The position numbers were made by a program, and so were the translations under genes. Shown one piece after another: positions 40,940-49,801 of a DNA stretch of 64,000 nucleotides. The notes beneath the pieces are model-generated. The model was not told the origin of the DNA and made no database searches. It worked only from the letters and a program-made list of their open reading frames with translations. Numbering within the stretch: the stretch's first letter is position 1; every line of letters starts with the position of its first letter. Source of the stretch: an uncultured virus (IMG/VR IMGVR_UViG_3300042356_001581) (Duplodnaviria; Heunggongvirae; Uroviricota; Caudoviricetes); IMG/VR virus record IMGVR_UViG_3300042356_001581; one strand, written 5' to 3'.

Positions 40940-41845
40940 CTATTTTCCTAAAAACATTTTTAAATAATCAGGCGTACCGCTTTCTGTGATACCGCCTTTT
41001 TTATAAATTCTATATTTTCCAATTTCTGAATCATAGTTTGCGTCATTACTTCTTTCTAATGATTTCCATAGATATTCAGCGTCTTCGCTTCTTGAAGAAT
41101 CTGAAATAATTGGTTTACCTAATATTTTTCTTAATTTCAAATATGCTTTTTTGCCAATTCCTTTTCCTTTTTCTATTACATTTGAATTACTAATCTGATA
41201 GCCATTCAAATCACTTCTATACATTAACTCAATTTTACCTATTTTTTCGCCTTTTTCATTTAATATTTCAAAAGGGAAAAAATCTTTATCATTCCTTATT
41301 TTTTTTAGTCTTTCATCAATCTGTAAATCAATTTCGCCACCTTGCTCAAATCTTATGTCATCACTACTTGAATCAAATTTAGTATTCGTTCCGTCAGCAA
41401 GTTTTATTTGATTAGGCTCAAAAGCAATTATTTCATATAAATTTTTATTACCTAAATGTTTAGCGTGTCCATAGTCCATTATTCCGTCATAGCCTTTTGT
41501 TATAAGGTATTTTAAATCTGACTCAAACATTTCGTAAGACGGGTTTACAATATTTAAAAAGTATGAATCTATTTTTGATTTACCGTAAACGCTTAATCTT
41601 GATTTATTTGGAGCAAAGAAAAAACCTTCTTTAGATTTCTTTTTGCTGAAAACGTAAAAATCTTTAGAGGTAGTGTGATACACGACCATCGGCTCTCCAT
41701 TATCGTCAACAACTTTACTCGCATTATCAGGGTCTTTTTCCCAATCCCCAAACCACTTTTTAAAGTCAGGAGTGCGAACTAATTTGTATTGCTCGGCATT
41801 TAGGTTACTTGGTTTTCCGTTAGGTGCTAATAACTCGTTTTTCAT
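40940..41845 (-). CDS. ART-like plus GNAT-like protein
   Basis: Paralogous N-terminus MKNELLAPNGKPS; VYHTT..GFFFA..YDGI..EIIAF..NQIK; KGKGIGKKAY; ends PDYLKMFLGK. Confidence 0.75.
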   Translation of the reverse strand: MKNELLAPNGKPSNLNAEQYKLVRTPDFKKWFGDWEKDPDNASKVVDDNGEPMVVYHTTSKDFYVFSKKKSKEGFFFAPNKSRLSVYGKSKIDSYFLNIVNPSYEMFESDLKYLITKGYDGIMDYGHAKHLGNKNLYEIIAFEPNQIKLADGTNTKFDSSSDDIRFEQGGEIDLQIDERLKKIRNDKDFFPFEILNEKGEKIGKIELMYRSDLNGYQISNSNVIEKGKGIGKKAYLKLRKILGKPIISDSSRSEDAEYLWKSLERSNDANYDSEIGKYRIYKKGGITESGTPDYLKMFLGK

Positions 41846-41849
41846 ATTC

Positions 41850-43082
41850 TTATTTTCCTAAAAACATTCTTAAATAGTCAGGCGTACCGCTTTCGGTAAC
41901 TCCGCCGTTTTCGTAAGTTATCTTGCAATTTGTTTGGTCAAAAAGAACCATATTTAAAAAGTCTTTATCCGCAGGAGAAAGTCTGCTTGGGTTCAATGCT
42001 CTGACCAATGTAGTTCGATAACTATCGCCTTTTACTTCTTCTAAAGCATTATCATATAGCCATTGATTCCATTTCTTATCGCTATTGATTGCGGTTCTAT
42101 TATTAGAGTAATTACCTTTTGGTAGCGGAGTTAAGCTTTTTCCTGAAATGCTTTTTGGGTTTTTAGCATTAAGAGTGAATATACCTCCACCACTTTCCAT
42201 TTTACTTGTTTTTTCCAATTCAGCAATAGGAACTCCAAATTTCGAGTAAGCACGGCGTTTAGGCAGTTTCATTCCTCCACGTTCAATTACATTATAATCA
42301 CCGCCTGAACCATCAACAACCATATAACCGTCAGCCTTGCTTTTAAGTTCGTTAAGTGCGCTTTTGCCCCTTGTAAAGAAATCATCTATCACAGCCATAG
42401 GGACAAATCGCCCACTCTTTTTGTACCTTTCTAAAGCACGTTTCTTCACAACCTCTTCTTCAACTTTATCTATGTAAACAATAAAGATTTTGTAACCTAA
42501 TTTTTTCAATAAGGCAATTAACGGTAAGTAACTCTTGGTGCTATTCATAGTTCCGTCATAAATAATATCATATTTACAAGGAATACCAATAGTTCTATCA
42601 CTCAAAAGGGTATTTACAATGTCTTTTGTTTCTTGATGGGTTGATGTAGCGTTCCAGCCTTTATATTCAGGAAGTTTTGCTCTAATTTCGTCAGCATCAA
42701 CTTTTAAAATTTCTTCTTTTAACAAGTATGGAGCATATTTTCTTAAAAACGTGCTTTTACCACTTGCAGGAGAACCCCCCATTAGAATTGCAATCGGCTC
42801 GTTATTCTGAATACAAATTAAATCCTTTTTGAAGGAATCCATTATTCTTTGGTGTAGTTTTTGTCTTTCGGGGTAGTAATTCCCTGTTGACTTACTCGTA
42901 TTTAAGTCTTTAGTTTGAGGTAAATTCTCGGCATAGTTTGTTAAAACTTCAATTGCTTCTATGTCAATTCTTCTTTCTCCGTCAGCATCGTAAATATCTT
43001 TTCGTATTCTTAAAGGAATTGAGCTGTCGATTTTTCCTCCGTCTTTGTAGTAATCAGAATAGTCTATGTTACTGTTTTTCAT
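41850..43082 (-). CDS. Zeta-toxin-family P-loop kinase protein
   Basis: AILMGGSPASGKST, VDADEIR, YDGT, RALERYKKSGRFVP; ends PDYLRMFLGK. Confidence 0.8.
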   Translation of the reverse strand: MKNSNIDYSDYYKDGGKIDSSIPLRIRKDIYDADGERRIDIEAIEVLTNYAENLPQTKDLNTSKSTGNYYPERQKLHQRIMDSFKKDLICIQNNEPIAILMGGSPASGKSTFLRKYAPYLLKEEILKVDADEIRAKLPEYKGWNATSTHQETKDIVNTLLSDRTIGIPCKYDIIYDGTMNSTKSYLPLIALLKKLGYKIFIVYIDKVEEEVVKKRALERYKKSGRFVPMAVIDDFFTRGKSALNELKSKADGYMVVDGSGGDYNVIERGGMKLPKRRAYSKFGVPIAELEKTSKMESGGGIFTLNAKNPKSISGKSLTPLPKGNYSNNRTAINSDKKWNQWLYDNALEEVKGDSYRTTLVRALNPSRLSPADKDFLNMVLFDQTNCKITYENGGVTESGTPDYLRMFLGK

Positions 43083-43101
43083 AGTTTTAAGTATTAAATG
43101 G

Positions 43102-43132
43102 CAAATATATTAATAATAAACGAATTAACAAA
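43102..43132 (-). promoter_or_regulatory. Bacteroidota promoter driving the polyvalent-protein operon
   Basis: TTTG-N19-TATATTTG on minus strand, 20 nt upstream of ATG 43082. Confidence 0.65.
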
Positions 43133-43219
43133 ATCTTATTATTTATAATATGATTAAGGTATATTGGTTTAAATATTTTTTATTCTTAAATTTAGTTATA
43201 ATTAGAAATTATTGAATAT

Positions 43220-43252
43220 TTTGTAAATGTAAAAAATATTTAGTTACATTTG
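43220..43252 (+). promoter_or_regulatory. Bacteroidota promoter for the plus-strand small gene
   Basis: TTTG-N21-TACATTTG. Confidence 0.65.
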
Positions 43253-43284
43253 TCTTCAATTATTAATAATTAAATTTAAAAACT

Positions 43285-43413
43285 ATGAACACAAAAGGAG
43301 TATTAGACATTACCAGTCCAAACTGGCTTTTTGGAAATAATGTGCATAACACATTGATTCTATTAGGGGTTGTCGCTATCGCTTGGAAAGTTGGAGTATT
43401 CAAAAAAGTATAA
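43285..43413 (+). CDS. 42-aa hydrophobic peptide; the only credible plus-strand gene (not in ORF track)
   Basis: MNTKGVLDITSPNWLFGNNVHNTLILLGVVAIAWKVGVFKKV*, with its own promoter and terminator. Confidence 0.7.
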   Translation: MNTKGVLDITSPNWLFGNNVHNTLILLGVVAIAWKVGVFKKV

Positions 43414-43434
43414 TCCGACCTTTACAAAAAAAAG

Positions 43435-43467
43435 AAAAACCACCCTAGTTTAGAGTGGTTTTTTTTT
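43435..43467. terminator. Bidirectional intrinsic terminator
   Basis: AAAAACCAC-CCTAGTTTAGA-GTGGTTTTTTTTT between convergent genes. Confidence 0.75.
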
Positions 43468-43485
43468 ATTTCGATAGTAAATATT

Positions 43486-43938
43486 TTACACAAACAAACT
43501 CTTGACTGCATACATACAAGATGTTTCGGCTTCTGTTTGAGCAATTGAAAGCTCTCTGTTATTAGTACCTGTCTTTAATGCTTCTAAACAATCAAGTAGT
43601 TCAGCATACATTTGTTTTAAATCTTCTACTTCTTTTTTAGCAGAAGGATTGAAATTTCTTTGGACTCTTTTTTGTCCTAATGTTAAATTTTCCATATTAG
43701 TTGTAGCACTTAGCCTTGCAATCGGGTTCTTGGTTTGTTTTTTAAAGTTCATTTTTCCTATTTTACAATTAATTTCCACTATAACAGCATCTTTTTTTAT
43801 TGAAAAATCATCTCTATATATTTTTTTTTCATCATAATTATCAACTGTATCTTCCATATTATTTTCACACAATCTTAAATAATTATTAAGAGATATTAAA
43901 TCTGCTATTGACAAATCTTTTAAATTAATTTTTTCCAT
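43486..43938 (-). CDS. Hypothetical N-terminal module in frame with an Acb2/Tad1-like domain (likely internal start 43695)
   Basis: C-terminal FNPS...RELSIAQTEAETSCMYAVKS resembles the Acb2/Tad1 helical hairpin; repeated leader precedes ATG 43695. Confidence 0.5.
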   Translation of the reverse strand: MEKINLKDLSIADLISLNNYLRLCENNMEDTVDNYDEKKIYRDDFSIKKDAVIVEINCKIGKMNFKKQTKNPIARLSATTNMENLTLGQKRVQRNFNPSAKKEVEDLKQMYAELLDCLEALKTGTNNRELSIAQTEAETSCMYAVKSLFV

Positions 43939-43970
43939 ATTAGTCGTAATATTTAACCTTGCAATCGGGT

Positions 43971-44450
43971 TTATAATTTTTCTTGTAATTTTTTAACAAA
44001 CTCCTCCAAACACAATTTGTTTTTTATTGCCTTATTTATAATATTTTTAACGGTATTCATTTTTACTGAAATCTCATTGTACTTATTTCCTTTTTTAGCA
44101 GATTCAGCTTTAACCTCAATCAATTCTTTTTCTAAAACTCTAACTTTTATTTGAAATTCATTTGTCCCAGAAGAACCGTTCTTGCCATTTTCAAAATTTT
44201 TTAATGCTATTTTTACTTTAAAAAGCTCGTTTTCTCTTGACCTTAACAGCTCTTTCAATTTTGTTAATTCAGATTTTAAATTTTTTAGGTTTTCTTGTTT
44301 AGTAATGTGCCAAGTGTTACATTTTTTACACAAGTAAGCATTTTTTGGACTTACTAATCTTTCGCTTTTTTTTTCAATTATAGCAATATGTTCTAACGCA
44401 AAATACTCTGTACTGTACGATGTTTTCTTACATAAGGTATTCATAATCAT
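43971..44450 (-). CDS. Hypothetical protein with Zn-finger-like motif and coiled coil
   Basis: CKK..Y...AYLCKKCNTWHIT. Confidence 0.55.
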   Translation of the reverse strand: MIMNTLCKKTSYSTEYFALEHIAIIEKKSERLVSPKNAYLCKKCNTWHITKQENLKNLKSELTKLKELLRSRENELFKVKIALKNFENGKNGSSGTNEFQIKVRVLEKELIEVKAESAKKGNKYNEISVKMNTVKNIINKAIKNKLCLEEFVKKLQEKL

Positions 44451-44674
44451 TAAGCAATTCTGTAACCAGTATAATCACACCTCTCGCTTGAGCAACCAAC
44501 GTTTTTCTTTGGAGGCATAGATGTAAGAGTTACGTTTGGTTGAGTATCTAGTAATTCTTTTCCGCACTTAGGACAAGATATTCCATTAAGAATGGGTTTT
44601 TGAACCATTAAGCCCCAATAAAAAGTAGAATTTGTAGTATTATGTTCTTGTAAGCTTTTTATTTTCTTTGCCAT
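44450..44674 (-). CDS. Zn-ribbon protein
   Basis: CPKCG...C...CDYTG. Confidence 0.6.
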   Translation of the reverse strand: MAKKIKSLQEHNTTNSTFYWGLMVQKPILNGISCPKCGKELLDTQPNVTLTSMPPKKNVGCSSERCDYTGYRIA

Positions 44675-44780
44675 TAATACTGTTTTTAGAATTAATTTTT
44701 AAATTCAGCCCTTGAAACTTCGCTACTTTATGTACAATTTTTCACGAAGTTTCCCTACTTGCCATTAACGCAGGTTTTTT

Positions 44781-44984
44781 TTATTTTTCTAATAATTCAA
44801 TTCTGATAATTAAAATATTCAAATAACTGTTCATTGCTTCTAATTGTTGTCCTAACAATAGGTAATTAGCTTCTGATAGTGTTTGAGTATGTCCTTCTTT
44901 AGCCAAAAAAGTCGCTAACTTTGTTACTTTATCAAGCAACTCTTCTTTTTCTGTTTTTAATCTGTCTAAAAATGTAGTTTCCAT
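44781..44984 (-). CDS. crAss001_48-like small helical protein
   Basis: RLKTEKEEL..K..KL..FL...LL.QQLEAM..YL.IL..RI; paralog at 63170. Confidence 0.55.
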   Translation of the reverse strand: METTFLDRLKTEKEELLDKVTKLATFLAKEGHTQTLSEANYLLLGQQLEAMNSYLNILIIRIELLEK

Positions 44985-45023
44985 AATGTGTGTAGCACTT
45001 AACCTTGCAATGGGTTTCTTGAT

Positions 45024-46301
45024 TTATTTTGCGAGTTTGTCAATTTTTTCTTTAAACTGTTTAGCAATCACCTCCCACTTCATACCTTTTACTTTTTCGT
45101 AAGCACGGTCAATTTTATCTTGAGAAATTTGACGTACTTCTTCTTCATCGTTCTTCAAATTATAAACTATTCCAAGTAGATTAGTTACTTCGTGAGGGTT
45201 TGTTGTGAAACGTATTTTTTCAAAGTCATTTACAAAAATATTTGCTTGATTAAACATAAATGAAATGCTATTGTGTCCAAACTCTGTAATCTCACTTAAA
45301 GAGGTGTGTTGAGGAGAAACTACTAATGTTTTGGTAGCCATAGCTTCTGTAATGGTTAATCCCCAACCTTCAGCCGTAGTGGTAGTTATGAAACAATCGA
45401 AAGCATTGTAAATTCTATTTAATTCTGAATTATCGCAACCTTGATTTTCATTATGCTGTTTAGGTAAAATAATATCCACACCCACTCGCAAACCTACACG
45501 CTCACACAATCTGTAAATATTTATTCCTGATTGGTCTAAAGGGTTACAGTGTAAATAAAGCACGGCATTTGGTTTTGATTCGTGCCTAATAAACGTAGCA
45601 AAACCTAAAATTAAACTACCCAAATCTTTTCTAGCTGAATTTCTATTTACAGTTCCAAACAAGAACTTATCTTGATTGCCCTCTCCAACAATTTCTAATT
45701 TTGCTTTTAATTTTTCTTCTTCAGAAAGCGGGTAAAAATCTTTGGTATTACAACCGTGAGGAATTACTTTAATTCTTTTTGCATTAGTTGGCGTAGTCAA
45801 AGGAGTCAAAACTCTTTTAGCGTATTCCGTATATGTTACAACTTCATCAAAGAACTCTAATATTTTTAAATCAACGGGTCTTGGTTCACTATCAATAGGG
45901 AAGTAAACCATAGACTTGAAGTTAGGTTTATTTTGTTTTCTCTTTTCTTTTTTTACCGTTCTTAAATGCTCGTCCATTTCGTTGAAAATTTCAATATCGT
46001 TCAAACAAAATACAACATCAAAATCATTGTGCATCAAAAGTCGTAAAAACTGTAATCGGCAATAAAAATCGTCTTTTGGTTCGTCAGGAAGTACAGACGA
46101 CATCGCTGGTATTACTTTCACGTTTGGCAAGTAGTCATAAGGCTCTTTACCGTAGTCGTTAATAGCAAATACTACAATTCTCAAATTTTTATCTTTAGCC
46201 CAATTTTCAATTAATTGTTTTGAAACGTTTGCGAATCCTGTTGTGCAACCAAAATCCCCGAAGAATAATAGGTTGGTAATTTTTTGTGGTTTTTTAGCCA
46301 T
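45024..46301 (-). CDS. GT4-family glycosyltransferase
   Basis: TGFANV, IPHG, VNRNSARKD, YNAFD, EGWGLTITEAMA. Confidence 0.85.
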   Translation of the reverse strand: MAKKPQKITNLLFFGDFGCTTGFANVSKQLIENWAKDKNLRIVVFAINDYGKEPYDYLPNVKVIPAMSSVLPDEPKDDFYCRLQFLRLLMHNDFDVVFCLNDIEIFNEMDEHLRTVKKEKRKQNKPNFKSMVYFPIDSEPRPVDLKILEFFDEVVTYTEYAKRVLTPLTTPTNAKRIKVIPHGCNTKDFYPLSEEEKLKAKLEIVGEGNQDKFLFGTVNRNSARKDLGSLILGFATFIRHESKPNAVLYLHCNPLDQSGINIYRLCERVGLRVGVDIILPKQHNENQGCDNSELNRIYNAFDCFITTTTAEGWGLTITEAMATKTLVVSPQHTSLSEITEFGHNSISFMFNQANIFVNDFEKIRFTTNPHEVTNLLGIVYNLKNDEEEVRQISQDKIDRAYEKVKGMKWEVIAKQFKEKIDKLAK

Positions 46302-46307
46302 TTTTTA

Positions 46308-46676
46308 TTATTTTAAAGAATCAACAATTGCGCAGAAAAGAGCGTCTTTTTTCTTTTGAAATTCAGGTAGTTCCTCGAAAGGTACTATACAAGGGTGTGT
46401 TTTGGCTTCGGCATCTTTAACCTCTCCATAAACCCAACCGTCTTTTTTCTTGTCTTCCAACCAAGCGTTGTGTTGCGCATCGTGTCCTGCGTTTGGATTT
46501 TCCAATCTAAACTTCACGCCCATAATTGCGCTTTGACGTTGCCAACCCTCTGCTCCGTGCCAATCTTTTTGAGAATTATCATCGTTGGCTTCGCACCACG
46601 CTTTATTTGCCTGATGACATACTAAAGCAATTTGCAGTACCTCTAATGACGGTTCTGATTTAATTTTTTCATTCAT
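46308..46676 (-). CDS. RyR-domain protein
   Basis: HNAWLEDKKKDGWVYGEVKDAEAKTHPCIVPFEELPEFQKKKD. Confidence 0.8.
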   Translation of the reverse strand: MNEKIKSEPSLEVLQIALVCHQANKAWCEANDDNSQKDWHGAEGWQRQSAIMGVKFRLENPNAGHDAQHNAWLEDKKKDGWVYGEVKDAEAKTHPCIVPFEELPEFQKKKDALFCAIVDSLK

Positions 46677-46709
46677 AATTTTTGTTTTAGTGATTAATAA
46701 ATGTTGTTG

Positions 46710-46970
46710 TTAAAATTCCAACTCTTTTTGAGCGAAATTAGTAGCTTCTTTGATTGCTTTCAATATTGCAATCCACATCAAAGCAGAATTAGTACCTCCT
46801 TGACAAAAAATAAATTTTCCTGCCGTTTGGTTTTCTGGAGTAATACTAAATGTTTTATTGTGATAATTAATCAGTAAATCGACAGTAACCTTTTGTGTTT
46901 TTTCGGTTATGTCTGTCCACGTTTTGTAGAACTTGAATTTAGCCTCTACTTTCTTGAAGTTTTGTTCCAT
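46710..46970 (-). CDS. Hypothetical protein
   Basis: 86-aa ORF with its own promoter. Confidence 0.55.
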   Translation of the reverse strand: MEQNFKKVEAKFKFYKTWTDITEKTQKVTVDLLINYHNKTFSITPENQTAGKFIFCQGGTNSALMWIAILKAIKEATNFAQKELEF

Positions 46971-46971
46971 T

Positions 46972-47011
46972 TTTTGTTGTTATTAAAAAGTTTCTTGATT
47001 ACAAATATAAA
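46972..47011 (-). promoter_or_regulatory. Promoter/leader repeat, copy 1 (TATATTTG at 47002-47009)
   Basis: Nearly identical to 62761-62796. Confidence 0.65.
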
Positions 47012-47014
47012 TAT

Positions 47015-47341
47015 TTAAACCTTACGACCATTTATTTTTACCCATAAAATTCCGTCTTTCAAAATTAGTACATCGCTATGTGAGGTGCATTGAAAAGCCA
47101 AATCTTTATGCTTCCCACTATCTCCTACTTTCGGTCTTAACTCTTGAAATAAACTACCTTTATTTTCCATTTTTATTAACCAATCGCCATCATAGGTAAT
47201 AATGCCTTTTGTTTCGTCGGAACACTCAAAAGAAATACCTCTTTTAGCAAGTGTGTAATTATTGTATTCTCCCTCTACTTGACCTTCAATTTCAATTACG
47301 TCATCAGATGAGCCATAAACAAGTGTATGTGTTTTTTGCAT
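47015..47341 (-). CDS. Hypothetical phage protein
   Basis: VYGSSDDVIEIEG motif. Confidence 0.55.
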   Translation of the reverse strand: MQKTHTLVYGSSDDVIEIEGQVEGEYNNYTLAKRGISFECSDETKGIITYDGDWLIKMENKGSLFQELRPKVGDSGKHKDLAFQCTSHSDVLILKDGILWVKINGRKV

Positions 47342-47363
47342 TTTTTTTGTAATTTTTATAAGT

Positions 47364-47642
47364 TTATTTTTTAAATTTTATTTTCATACGATTTATAAAT
47401 ATTTTTAAATAACCTAATATAAATATAATCACAAATATCCAAGACCAAAAAAAATTTGAAATAAAAATTACGTTAGGTTTTATAAATTTTTTTGCTTCAT
47501 AAATATTAAATTTTTCTAAGATAAAATCTTCGGTTTTTTCATATATTTCTTCTAAATTATTACTTATATCTTTTATTAAAAATATGGTTAATAAAATTGA
47601 AGTAAAAGAACCTAAAATATAGATTAATAAAAATAGTTTCAT
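47364..47642 (-). CDS. Two-TM membrane protein
   Basis: Two hydrophobic segments; very AT-rich. Confidence 0.45.
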   Translation of the reverse strand: MKLFLLIYILGSFTSILLTIFLIKDISNNLEEIYEKTEDFILEKFNIYEAKKFIKPNVIFISNFFWSWIFVIIFILGYLKIFINRMKIKFKK

Positions 47643-47651
47643 AATGATTTT

Positions 47652-48359
47652 TTAATAGTTTTCGTTTTCGTGTATGCAAGTTACCGCTCTAATAACATAG
47701 CATTTTAAGTTTTCTGCTTTGCATTTTTCCCTAATTCTTTCCCACATATCTCCGTCACTTGGAAATATAATACCTTGTTGCTGATACATATCTCTATAAG
47801 GCAAATGTATTTGTTCTAAATCCATATAAACCGAACTATGAATCAAACGGCAGTAAGCTGGATAATGCTCTACTACTTGCCCATCAACTACCATTTCAGG
47901 AAATATAGGATTACCTATGTATCGACTTAAAGTATGAATGAAAGGCGGATTATTTTTTTCTAAAATGGCTTTAGCAATCAACTCCAAATGATTAGGCAAC
48001 CAAATGTCATCGTGGTCTAAATGGCAAACTTTTGTAATACCGTGAACCTTTGCCAAGTTGTTGGCGTGATTCAGCGCATTTGCACCACCGCAATTCCAAA
48101 GAGCAGTATTATTAATACCTAAATACTTATCTCTTTCGTGAGCAAAGTGTAAGTTCTCATAGACTATTTTATCAGCGATTTCAATAAAGCTATTTATAAT
48201 GGCTTCAAACTCGGTATTATCTTCGTATTTATCTCCAATTATAAAAATTTTAAAGTTTTGGTACGACTGATTTACAACACTTTGAATAGCCCTCAACAGC
48301 AAGTGTGGGGTTTGACCATCTGACCTTTGATATGTGCTTATTGTAACTCCTAATGTCAT
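47652..48359 (-). CDS. GT2-family glycosyltransferase
   Basis: VTISTYQR...AIQSVVNQSY, HLDHDDIWLPNHL; start 48359 (TAATG overlap). Confidence 0.8.
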   Translation of the reverse strand: MTLGVTISTYQRSDGQTPHLLLRAIQSVVNQSYQNFKIFIIGDKYEDNTEFEAIINSFIEIADKIVYENLHFAHERDKYLGINNTALWNCGGANALNHANNLAKVHGITKVCHLDHDDIWLPNHLELIAKAILEKNNPPFIHTLSRYIGNPIFPEMVVDGQVVEHYPAYCRLIHSSVYMDLEQIHLPYRDMYQQQGIIFPSDGDMWERIREKCKAENLKCYVIRAVTCIHENENY

Positions 48360-49006
48360 TAGTTTATTCTTTTTATAACAAAACAATTTCCGTTTTTAAG
48401 TTCACTTGGATAAGCACCTAAAGTATTCTCTAAAGTACCTATTATTTCATAATCTACAAGATTTGGTAAGATAATTTCGTCTAATGCTTTTTTTACATCA
48501 GGACTATGAATATCATCGTAATAATCATCGAATACAATATAACCGCCAATTACAACTAAATCACTATACATATTGAAGTCAGCGATTACTCCATTTAAAG
48601 AATGGTCGCCGTCAATAAATAACAAATCAATTTTGTTGGTAAAACCTAATGCTCTTGAGTTACTTAAAGCTTCAATTACTTGGTTTTTGGTTTCTATTAC
48701 TTGAGAACTTCCCTGTATATATTTATAATAATTATTATTATTTTTGTAATTAAGTACATTCTCAAAAACTACCCCTTTTGATATTGGTTCTCCTAAGTCA
48801 ATACTGATAATAGTTGTATTAGGTCTTTGTAGCATTAAACAAGAACTTCCACCTGCATAAGCCCCTATTTCAAGGTAGTTTATTTTCTTTTCTCCAAAGG
48901 TTTCAGCTATGTCAAAAAGTATATGATAATGATGGTGGAAAGTTGCTACTTTGGTAGCTATTTCTACTACCATATCTAACGATTTCTGTGTTGGTTTTAA
49001 ATTCAT
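48359..49006 (-). CDS. Class I SAM methyltransferase (Methyltransf_24-like)
   Basis: YLEIGAYAGGS, IDLLFIDGDHS, GGYIVFDDY. Confidence 0.85.
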   Translation of the reverse strand: MNLKPTQKSLDMVVEIATKVATFHHHYHILFDIAETFGEKKINYLEIGAYAGGSSCLMLQRPNTTIISIDLGEPISKGVVFENVLNYKNNNNYYKYIQGSSQVIETKNQVIEALSNSRALGFTNKIDLLFIDGDHSLNGVIADFNMYSDLVVIGGYIVFDDYYDDIHSPDVKKALDEIILPNLVDYEIIGTLENTLGAYPSELKNGNCFVIKRIN

Positions 49007-49093
49007 TTTTTCTTATTTTTATAATACTATCAAGGTAAATTATTTGAGATTTTTTCTTGATGTGGCATAATTTATTTAGTTTAGTGTTAATCT

Positions 49094-49771
49094 TTACTTT
49101 AAAAACTTTTCTCCTTCACTTCTTGCTCTTATTTTGTTTATTGGGTTTCCATAAGCTAGTACATTGTCAGGAATGTCTTTTAAAACTAAACTCCCCGAAC
49201 CTATTACTGAATTTTCTCCAATTTTCAACCTGTCTAATATTGTCACTCCTAATGTAATGGCTGAAAACTTACCAATTGTAACGTATCCACCCATTACAGA
49301 ACCAGCGGAAACACTTCCATAATCTTCAATTATACAGTCGTGTTCAATTTGACAACCTGTTGCGAAAAAAGTAAAGTTTCCAATTTTAGACAAAGGGTTT
49401 ATAATAACTCCCGCCATCATCACAACACCAAATCCTAACTGAACGTTTTTGCCAATAATAACAGATGGGTGTATAGCGTTAACGAATTCAAAACTCGGCA
49501 TTTGTTCAGTTATTGATTGATGAACTTTAAAGCGTGACCAGTTGTCTCCAATAGTTATAATTCCAGCATCTATTTTATATTTTTGAACGATTTCAATTAA
49601 GTTTTCTTGTCTGCCTAAAACTTTATAACCATACCTATCAGTATAAATTGGATGTACAGAGTCAATTATTCCAACAATTTCGTACTTATTTTCTTTTTCT
49701 ATGATGTCAATGGTATAATGAACTTGATTACCACCACCAAACAATAAAATTCTTTTTTTAATTTCTCCCAT
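49094..49771 (-). CDS. NeuD/PglD-like sugar acetyltransferase
   Basis: LFGGGNQ Rossmann start, ITIGDN, AIHPS, hexapeptide repeats, EHDC, AYGNP. Confidence 0.85.
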   Translation of the reverse strand: MGEIKKRILLFGGGNQVHYTIDIIEKENKYEIVGIIDSVHPIYTDRYGYKVLGRQENLIEIVQKYKIDAGIITIGDNWSRFKVHQSITEQMPSFEFVNAIHPSVIIGKNVQLGFGVVMMAGVIINPLSKIGNFTFFATGCQIEHDCIIEDYGSVSAGSVMGGYVTIGKFSAITLGVTILDRLKIGENSVIGSGSLVLKDIPDNVLAYGNPINKIRARSEGEKFLK

Positions 49772-49801
49772 ACCTTATTGTTTTTTTAATAAAAATTTAT
49801 T

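Noticed and set aside
37024..41845. Diversity-generating retroelement for the repeated ART flanks
   Set aside because: No reverse transcriptase; repeats are coding paralogs without an adenine-specific mismatch pattern that I could see
44714..44753. Intergenic inverted repeat GAAACTTCG...CGAAGTTTC as an ncRNA
   Set aside because: Single 9-bp stem with no recognisable RNA family or U-tract
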